From positions 55,269 to 119,268 of the forward strand of contig JAZQAZ010000047.1 in the NCBI GenBank assembly GCA_045545475.1: 64,000 nucleotides of DNA, given 5' to 3'. This document shows, piece by piece, positions 1-6,300 of this stretch. Under the pieces are notes generated by a model that saw only the letters and a list, made by a program, of their open reading frames with translations, ran no database searches and had not been told where the DNA came from. How positions within the stretch are numbered: the first letter of the stretch is position 1; each line of letters starts with the position of its first letter. A program made the position numbers and the translations under genes. Source of the stretch: Clostridia bacterium (GTDB taxonomy: Bacteria > Bacillota > Clostridia > CAKSNL01 > HGM11501).

Positions 1-120
1 GACCTCAAAGAAATAATAGATACCGATGGGCATGCTGAACTTAAATGTCATTTTTGCAGACGTAACTTTGACTTTTCAAAGGAGCAGCTTCTTGAAATAT
101 TAAATAAAGCACAACAGTAA
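1..120 (+). CDS. hslO: Hsp33 family chaperone, 3' end only
   Basis: Frame 1 reads DLKEIIDTDGHAELKCHFCRRNFDFSKEQLLEILNKAQQ*; the E-x-x-C-x-F-C...F tail matches the Hsp33 zinc-binding C-terminus. Confidence 0.8.
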   Translation, partial: DLKEIIDTDGHAELKCHFCRRNFDFSKEQLLEILNKAQQ

Positions 121-183
121 TTTTTTGCCGGATTTGACAGAAACTTGAAAAACAGGTATTATGTAAATCAAGAGGTGATTTGT

Positions 184-1272
184 ATGAAAAAAATACTTAC
201 CTTTATCGGAGCGTTTACTTTGACTTTTATGATGTTTGTTTTACCTTCGGAAGCGATAAGGATAACAAACAGTCCTGTATCTATGACAATGGCTGCAGAA
301 AGCGGAGAAGTGGTATTTACCATAAACGACGTGGAGATATATCCTTCGCTGTATTATGCTGAAGGCGGAAGTTGTGCAAAGAAGCTTGAAATATGGATAA
401 CCGAAAACCGTATTGCGGAAAACCCCGAGTTTTTAATCTATTGTTACGATAAGGACGGCAATCATATAGATTCAGAGTATATCACGATGAAATATGATAA
501 CAGATATTCTCAGTATTGCGGATGCGTTTATGCCGATGTAAACACTGCCAGCGTTGAAATTCAGCCTGCAAAGCCGGGAAGCTGGTTTAATTCTTATTAT
601 TATTGCCGCTATGAAGGAATATCTGCAGATGACGGCAGAAAACTTACTGTGCTTGACTTGCTTGTTCCCGATTACGAAGCTGTAGGATGGCACGGTGATG
701 TTAATCTTTACGCACTTGACGGAAGAGAGCTTAAGGTTGCGTACTGCGATGTGGCCGCCTACAAAGCTGTGGGGTGGTATGAATGGGAAGATATCAAGAT
801 GATAGAATTCAGAGACTACTTCAGTAAGGGAATTAACGACTGGGATTATGAATGTATACTTGAAAAAGTGGATACATTAAAAACTCTCATTAAAAATCCG
901 TCTTATTTGCAGGAGTTGTCGGACGCTCAGTGCAAAGCTATGGATAAGTGGAGAGTGGAGCTTAATGCTCCGATGGCCCTGGTTGACTATCATGTTTTGT
1001 ATAATGAGAAGGACGGCAAAGAATATCTGGCCATTGAACTTCGTAATGTTTCCTACGGAACGATTTTATCATACAAAGCCGGATTCGTATGCCACGATAA
1101 CGCAGGGACTATGATAAGAGAAGAAAATATATATTCTTCTGAAAGTACCGAACTTAATCCCGGAGAAAAGAAGATATTTTATTTTCAGTTGGATAATTAC
1201 AATACGGATTATATCAGCAATTTTACCGTCAGAAGTGTCGTATTTAGTGACGGAACTTCCTGGAACGGTTAA
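184..1272 (+). CDS. Exported hypothetical protein with two internal 29-aa repeats
   Basis: GAGGTG RBS before ATG 184; signal peptide MKKILTFIGAFTLTFMMFVLPSEA; repeats DGRxLxV...YxAVGW. Confidence 0.75.
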   Translation: MKKILTFIGAFTLTFMMFVLPSEAIRITNSPVSMTMAAESGEVVFTINDVEIYPSLYYAEGGSCAKKLEIWITENRIAENPEFLIYCYDKDGNHIDSEYITMKYDNRYSQYCGCVYADVNTASVEIQPAKPGSWFNSYYYCRYEGISADDGRKLTVLDLLVPDYEAVGWHGDVNLYALDGRELKVAYCDVAAYKAVGWYEWEDIKMIEFRDYFSKGINDWDYECILEKVDTLKTLIKNPSYLQELSDAQCKAMDKWRVELNAPMALVDYHVLYNEKDGKEYLAIELRNVSYGTILSYKAGFVCHDNAGTMIREENIYSSESTELNPGEKKIFYFQLDNYNTDYISNFTVRSVVFSDGTSWNG

Positions 1273-1273
1273 A

Positions 1274-1306
1274 AATACAGGTGCGGTTTTTCCGTACCTG
1301 TATTTT
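1274..1306 (+). terminator. Intrinsic terminator
   Basis: AAATACAGGTGCGG/CCGTACCTGTATTT hairpin right after the stop codon. Confidence 0.7.
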
Positions 1307-1352
1307 GAAAAAATGCTATGATAGAATTTTTATAAAAAACTTAAAAAAATGC

Positions 1353-1381
1353 TTGACAAAAGTGTGGGCATGTGTTATTAT
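1353..1381 (+). promoter_or_regulatory. Sigma-A promoter P1 of the tRNA operon
   Basis: TTGACA-17bp-TATTAT with A-rich upstream tract. Confidence 0.7.
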
Positions 1382-1456
1382 ATTCAAGCACACCAAGTGG
1401 TTACAGAGGCGAAAAACTTAATAAAAAACTTTTTTCAAAAAAATGAAAAAAAGTTC

Positions 1457-1485
1457 TTGACAAACGGTTCTGATTATGGTATAAT
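1457..1485 (+). promoter_or_regulatory. Sigma-A promoter P2 of the tRNA operon
   Basis: TTGACA-17bp-TATAAT, extended -10 (TGnTATAAT), A-rich UP element. Confidence 0.85.
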
Positions 1486-1509
1486 AAATTCTGTTGTTGA
1501 AAAAGAAAT

Positions 1510-1585
1510 GGGAGCATAGCTCAGTTGGGAGAGCATCTGCCTTACAAGCAGAGGGTCATAGGTTCGAGCCCTATTGTTCCCACCA
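1510..1585 (+). tRNA. tRNA-Val(TAC)
   Basis: Cloverleaf, anticodon loop CTTACAA, GTTCGA T-loop, encoded CCA. Confidence 0.97.
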
Positions 1586-1592
1586 TTTTTTT

Positions 1593-1669
1593 GGCCTGGT
1601 AGTTCAGCTGGTTAGAACGCTAGCCTGTCACGCTAGAGGTCGTGGGTTCGAGTCCCATCCAGGTCGCCA
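1593..1669 (+). tRNA. tRNA-Asp(GTC)
   Basis: Anticodon loop CTGTCAC, T-loop, encoded CCA. Confidence 0.97.
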
Positions 1670-1674
1670 TTTTT

Positions 1675-1750
1675 GCCTCTGTAGCTCAGTTGGTAGAGCA
1701 AAGGACTGAAAATCCTTGTGTCACTGGTTCGATTCCAGTCGGAGGCACCA
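1675..1750 (+). tRNA. tRNA-Phe(GAA)
   Basis: Anticodon loop CTGAAAA, T-loop, encoded CCA. Confidence 0.97.
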
Positions 1751-1757
1751 GGTAAAT

Positions 1758-1832
1758 GCGGGAGTGGCTCAGTGGTAGAGCGTCACCTTGCCAAGGTGAA
1801 CGTCGCGAGTTCGAATCTCGTCTTCCGCTCCA
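1758..1832 (+). tRNA. tRNA-Gly(GCC)
   Basis: Anticodon loop TTGCCAA, T-loop, TCCA end. Confidence 0.97.
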
Positions 1833-1880
1833 AAAACACAAAGGAGACGCGTCAGATTTGGTGCGTCGCTTTTGTTATAA

Positions 1881-1954
1881 GGCGCCATGGCCAAGTGGTA
1901 AGGCAAAGGTCTGCAACACCTATATCCCCAGTTCGAGTCTGGGTGGCGCCTCCA
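1881..1954 (+). tRNA. tRNA-Cys(GCA)
   Basis: Anticodon loop CTGCAAC, GTTCGA T-loop, TCCA end (U73). Confidence 0.96.
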
Positions 1955-1955
1955 G

Positions 1956-1988
1956 AAAAAAGACTTGTCAGTTGACAAGTCTTTTTTT
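1956..1988 (+). terminator. tRNA operon terminator
   Basis: AAAAAAGACTTGTCA-GT-TGACAAGTCTTTTTT inverted repeat with T tract. Confidence 0.85.
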
Positions 1989-2164
1989 AATGAAATTTGC
2001 CTGCGTCAAGTGAAATACGCTACGCGTATGAAATATTGCTTCGCAATGTGAAATATGCCTTGCGGCATATGAAAAGGCAAATTTTATTTCACATTTTTCT
2101 GTAAGAAAAATATTTCATAATCCGTAGGGTTATTTCATATCAACGAAGTTGATATTTCATTAAA
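1986..2164. repeat. Dyad-symmetric ladder of nested TGAAAT/ATTTCA repeats with intervening mini-hairpins
   Basis: TGAAAT at 1991, 2011, 2029, 2049; ATTTCA at 2086, 2112, 2132, 2154; 11-bp terminal inverted repeat TTTAATGAAAT/ATTTCATTAAA; seven small hairpins. Confidence 0.85.
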
Positions 2165-2166
2165 TA

Positions 2167-2195
2167 TTTACATATTGCTAATTCTATGTTAGAAT
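2167..2195 (+). promoter_or_regulatory. Putative sigma-A promoter of the four-helix-bundle gene
   Basis: TTTACA-17bp-TAGAAT with TG extension; RBS GAGGTG at 2203-2208. Confidence 0.55.
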
Positions 2196-2215
2196 GTTAG
2201 CAGAGGTGTTTAGTT

Positions 2216-2563
2216 ATGAAGGAAAACAAACTTATAGATTTATCTACGGATTTAGCAGTTAAAATTATAAAACTCTGTGAAACGATAAAAGGACATTATT
2301 CACTTGTAAATCAGTTAGAAAGAAGTTCTACATCAATCGGGGCAAACATTCACGAAGCTAACTATGCTCACGGAAAGAACGATTTTATTGCAAAATTACA
2401 GATTGCTTTGAAAGAATGTTATGAAACAGAATATTGGCTCGAGCTTTTTGTAAAGTCAGAAATTTTAGATAGAGAAACTGCGAAAAATTTATATAATCAA
2501 TGTGGTACAATTCGAAAAATGTTGATTTCTTCAATCAACACTGCAAAAAAGAACAGTAATTAG
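2216..2563 (+). CDS. Four-helix-bundle protein (TIGR02436 / 23S rRNA IVP family; Avd-like fold)
   Basis: Family motifs NQLERSSTSIGANIHEA and DFIAKLQIALKECYETEYWLELF. Confidence 0.9.
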   Translation: MKENKLIDLSTDLAVKIIKLCETIKGHYSLVNQLERSSTSIGANIHEANYAHGKNDFIAKLQIALKECYETEYWLELFVKSEILDRETAKNLYNQCGTIRKMLISSINTAKKNSN

Positions 2564-2583
2564 AGCTGGCATCTAAACCATTC

Positions 2584-2600
2584 GGCGCCGTCCAGAAAAA
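2584..2600 (+). repeat. Imperfect direct repeat of the tRNA-Cys 3' end (attR-like)
   Basis: GGCGCC(G)TCCAGAAAAA versus GGCGCCTCCAGAAAAA at 1945-1960. Confidence 0.55.
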
Positions 2601-2614
2601 CAAGCACCATAAAA

Positions 2615-2769
2615 CAGACTCGAACGAAGTCATAGGAAAAAATGCGGAGCATTTTGACGTAGTTTTTCAAAACTGCGTTTTGAAAAATCGAGTCTGGGTG
2701 GCAAACATCGCAAGGACTAAAAAGTCTGCTATAAAGTCATAGGCAAAAATGTAAAGCATTTTGCCGGAG
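2615..2769. repeat. Second structured repeat cluster
   Basis: CAGACTCGA/TCGAGTCTG inverted repeat (2615-2623, 2688-2696) encloses hairpins; 36-bp direct repeat at 2627-2662 and 2734-2769 (30/36 identical); 2688-2702 is identical to tRNA-Cys 1933-1947. Confidence 0.7.
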
Positions 2770-2980
2770 GTCAGTGGTTTGGTCAGGAAAATAAATAATG
2801 CGGGCATACAGAGAAGAGGTAGCATGATAGAGCACATCTTTCTGCGAAAGCAGAACTTTTGTTTTTAGAAGGTTGTATATAGAAAATCGTTTTACAATAA
2901 ATATTTTGCTTGTATCTATTTACTTTGATACTTAGGTGTGATATACTTGGAGAAAATAATATGATAAAGGGGATAAACAT

Positions 2981-3652
2981 ATGAAAAAAGCATTATTGAT
3001 ATTTATGATCAGTATCAGTTTGACTTTGACAGGCTGTTCGAACGTCTCTATTGTAGATAAGGATGTAGAAAAAGAATATATCCTTAATTCTGACACTGAA
3101 GTTATTACTGAAGTCGATCTGTCTAAATTGAACGATACTGAACTTAAATATGCTTATGAGGAAATTTTCGCAAGACACGGTAAGATATATACCGATACAA
3201 ATTACGAGAAGTACTTTAACTCTAAAGATTGGTATGTTCCGAATCCCTCCTATGATGAAGATGATTTGTCTGAACTGGAGAAGGAAAATTCTGAATATAT
3301 AAACGCCTATATCTTATCTAAAAAAACTGAAGACAATGGTGACTCAGAAAATAACGCTTCTAAATTTGATGAAGATTATTTCTTTGCAAATTATTCGGAT
3401 GACAATACATATATTATACCTGACAGTAGTGTGAGAAAATTGACGGTAAGCGAACTTTATAGCTATTCGTCAAGCGCTTTGGCTCTTATCCGTAATGAAA
3501 TTTATGCTAGAAACGGATATATCTTTACAAAGCAGAAATACAGTGACTATTTTAACTCAAAAAGGTGGTATTCGCCAAATCCGTATTTTAATGAAAGTTG
3601 GCTAAGCAGTACTGAGAAATATAATATACAACTTATAAAGAGTCTGGAATAG
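2981..3652 (+). CDS. Lipoprotein with two YARHG domains
   Basis: Lipobox LTGC; EIFARHG and EIYARNG motifs each followed by YF..K.WY.PNP. Confidence 0.9.
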   Translation: MKKALLIFMISISLTLTGCSNVSIVDKDVEKEYILNSDTEVITEVDLSKLNDTELKYAYEEIFARHGKIYTDTNYEKYFNSKDWYVPNPSYDEDDLSELEKENSEYINAYILSKKTEDNGDSENNASKFDEDYFFANYSDDNTYIIPDSSVRKLTVSELYSYSSSALALIRNEIYARNGYIFTKQKYSDYFNSKRWYSPNPYFNESWLSSTEKYNIQLIKSLE

Positions 3653-3656
3653 AATT

Positions 3657-4535
3657 ATGAATTTACAAGAACAAAGAAGATTGAGAAAAAAACAACGGAC
3701 CAAAATTATGGTTTTGGTGATTTTGGCATTGATTACCGGATTTGTTGCCGGGGTGTGTTGTACAATTGCATTTACTGATAAGTATTCGATTATAATAACA
3801 AAACCTAATGAAGAAAAAATAAAGCCGGAGTCTGACGAACCGAAAACCGAAAGTGAGTTTTCGGGAGAGGTTGAGACTGAAGAAATTGAAGACAAAAAAA
3901 TTTTTGCAAAAGCTAAAATAATTGCAATTGATGCAGGACATCAGAAAAACGGGAATTTTTCACAGGAGCCTATAGCTCCCGGGGCTACACAAACCAAAGC
4001 TAAGACTTCGGGAGGAACTACCGGAGTCGCTACAAAAATCCCCGAATATCAGGTGAATTTAGAAGTGGCTCTTTTGCTTGAGGAAGAATTGATATCAAGG
4101 GGATATGAAGTGATTATGATTCGAAGAAGCAATGACGTCGATATAAGTAACTCTCAAAGAGCCATGGTAGCGAATGATGCAAATGCAGATGCCTTTATTC
4201 GTATACATTGCAACGGAGCCGAAAACAGCAATGCTAAAGGAGCACTTACACTGTGTCAGACTTCGGAAAATCCTTATTGCGGAAATTTATATGATCAGAG
4301 TCGTTCTTTGTCTGAATTTGTGGTTGACGGATTGTGCGAAGAGACCGGGGCTGCCAACCTGGGAGTTACAGAGACGGATACTATGAGCGGCATTAATTGG
4401 TGCCAAGTTCCCGTTACAATTGTTGAAATGGGATTTATGACTAATTACGAAGAAGATATACTTCTTTGTGATACTTCTTATCAGAAGAAGCTTGCGATTG
4501 GAATAGCTAATGGAATTGATGATTTCTTTGCTTAG
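3657..4535 (+). CDS. N-acetylmuramoyl-L-alanine amidase (Amidase_3), membrane anchored
   Basis: IDAGH, E..VNL, FIRIHCN and VEMGFMTN motifs; N-terminal TM helix. Confidence 0.92.
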   Translation: MNLQEQRRLRKKQRTKIMVLVILALITGFVAGVCCTIAFTDKYSIIITKPNEEKIKPESDEPKTESEFSGEVETEEIEDKKIFAKAKIIAIDAGHQKNGNFSQEPIAPGATQTKAKTSGGTTGVATKIPEYQVNLEVALLLEEELISRGYEVIMIRRSNDVDISNSQRAMVANDANADAFIRIHCNGAENSNAKGALTLCQTSENPYCGNLYDQSRSLSEFVVDGLCEETGAANLGVTETDTMSGINWCQVPVTIVEMGFMTNYEEDILLCDTSYQKKLAIGIANGIDDFFA

Positions 4536-4739
4536 TAGAAAGAATCGCTGTTGTGAAGTAGCAAAATATAAGTAGTTACATGGTGGTTTTGGTATATGCT
4601 TTTGCTTGCTAAATTCATTTAGAAGGACTTTTCATCTTAACGCATTTCCTTTCCCGCCTGCAAAACACAATAGTATAATTGAAAGTGGCATACCTAAGAG
4701 TATAATACTTACATACATTTTGAAAGCGGATGATTTTTT

Positions 4740-6032
4740 ATGAAAAAGATGCTGGCACGCTACCCAAAGGGAAACCCGAGACGTAAGTGGAAGCAGGATA
4801 ATTTCGTGCTTTCTGTTACAAATGCCTCGCTCATGGGACTGGAATACGGAAGCGAGTCCGATTTGGAAAAGGCGAGACGTGGCATGAAAACTGCAAAAGA
4901 AGCAGGCTTTAATATGGTTGAACTTCTCTGGGCAAGTCCTGTTATGGGTATGGAATCGGTTAAAATGGCAGAGCAGATTTCCATGCCCCTCATATATCAG
5001 AATATGCTTCGCTTCGGTGGAATGGGATACAGAAAAGAGAAAAATATAAAGCCGGAAGATAACGACCTTGAAGGCGTAATAAAAGATACAGCACCCTGGA
5101 AATCGGTTGTCGGTCTTTGCGTTTATGATGAGCCGCTTGACACCGAACAGCGTGAGTTAGCCAGAAAGCTTATTGACCGTATGGAGGAAATCTGTCCCGA
5201 AAAGCTTCCCTTCGCCTGCACGGATGCGGGAAAAATTGACGAAATGGCTGATGAAGTTGATCCCGCACAGCTATCCTTTGACCAGTATGCCTTTGGCGGC
5301 TGGGCAGGAGGCGGTATGGACAGGGAAAATCAGATGGACAGATGTCTTGGATACTGGGATAAAATGGAGATTGCAAAAAATGCGGCAAAACGCATTGATG
5401 CACCATTCTGGTTTTACTATCAGGGACACGAGCTTTCCTATAATCCCGTTTATGACGATTATTCATTTGCTGCATCCCGTATGATGGCAAACGCCGCACT
5501 TCTTTACGGTGCAAAGGGCGTATCCTGCTATAATGAATTTGACGGTGCGTTTAATCCGGAAAACGGAGGACACGGCATTTATTTTGATGAGCAGCTTAAG
5601 CTTAATCATGAAATTGCAGCTCTCGGAAATACGCTTATGGCACTTAGGTGCGAGAGGGTTATTCACGACGAAAGCCTTAAAACAGAAAATGCGAAGGTTC
5701 ACTTTGCGACCATGGAGGAAAGCAAGCTCTTAAAAGGAAAACTTCCCAAACGAATTTCTATTTCCGAATTTTCGGATGATTACGGAAACGATTACCTTAT
5801 GGTATTAAACCGCGATTACAAATATGACAGGCGATATGTCCTTGACTTAAAGGAAGAAAGACGCGTATGGCGTGTAAGCAATACTGACGGAGAACAGCAT
5901 CTTGCCTTTGAAGGAGGTAAAAATAAGATAATGGGAACCCTTACACCGGGAAGTATTGCTCTCTACCGTTTGCAGAAGTTGGAAGAAGAGCCTTATGCGA
6001 TAGAGTATTATCTTGATAAAGGAACATTTTAG
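4740..6032 (+). CDS. Hypothetical protein, probable glycoside-hydrolase-like TIM barrel
   Basis: 430-aa ORF; AGFN, YDEP, SFDQY and ALLYGAKG segments. Confidence 0.55.
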   Translation: MKKMLARYPKGNPRRKWKQDNFVLSVTNASLMGLEYGSESDLEKARRGMKTAKEAGFNMVELLWASPVMGMESVKMAEQISMPLIYQNMLRFGGMGYRKEKNIKPEDNDLEGVIKDTAPWKSVVGLCVYDEPLDTEQRELARKLIDRMEEICPEKLPFACTDAGKIDEMADEVDPAQLSFDQYAFGGWAGGGMDRENQMDRCLGYWDKMEIAKNAAKRIDAPFWFYYQGHELSYNPVYDDYSFAASRMMANAALLYGAKGVSCYNEFDGAFNPENGGHGIYFDEQLKLNHEIAALGNTLMALRCERVIHDESLKTENAKVHFATMEESKLLKGKLPKRISISEFSDDYGNDYLMVLNRDYKYDRRYVLDLKEERRVWRVSNTDGEQHLAFEGGKNKIMGTLTPGSIALYRLQKLEEEPYAIEYYLDKGTF

Positions 6033-6067
6033 ACTTTAATTATTTACCTTTTATTTACAAATTCGCG

Positions 6068-6096
6068 TTGACAAACTTAAAGTAAAGTGATAAAAT
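6068..6096 (+). promoter_or_regulatory. Sigma-A promoter
   Basis: TTGACA-17bp-TAAAAT. Confidence 0.75.
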
Positions 6097-6102
6097 AAAA
6101 AC

Positions 6103-6228
6103 ATAAGGGAGTAGTCGGCACGGTATGTGCGATGAAGTCAACACCTTGTAAATCTGTATATAACAGATTTTCTGGTTTCATCTTAAATGACAAGACTTAT
6201 CTTAAAAGGATGGGTCTTGTCTTTTTTT
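6103..6228 (+). ncRNA. yybP-ykoY (Mn2+) riboswitch with overlapping terminator
   Basis: AAGGGAGTAG...GTCAACA...CAAGACTT aptamer hallmarks; terminator GACAAGACTTATC/GATGGGTCTTGTC plus T tract at 6189-6228; lies upstream of a P-type ATPase. Confidence 0.85.
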
Positions 6229-6300
6229 AATTTAAAATACCTTGCGGATGCATAAAGTATTCTGCGGGGAGAAATATAATTTCAGAAGGGAGATTTTCAA

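Noticed and set aside
1836-1876. Hairpin in the tRNA-Gly/tRNA-Cys spacer
   Set aside because: Ordinary spacer stem-loop; not a tRNA and no evidence of an independent function
1494-2013. Short ORFs at 1494, 1718, 1756 and 1769
   Set aside because: They overlap the five tRNA genes and are shadow ORFs
1986-2164. Ladder interpreted as a CRISPR array
   Set aside because: The constant part is only 6-7 bp, the spacers are 12-20-bp self-complementary hairpins, orientation flips midway, and there are no cas genes
2216-2769. Complete diversity-generating retroelement
   Set aside because: An Avd-like gene and GNA hairpins are present, but I see no reverse transcriptase and no TR/VR pair differing at adenines in the window
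4536-4739. Possible riboswitch in the amidase/GH-like intergenic region
   Set aside because: No recognisable aptamer consensus or terminator/antiterminator pair
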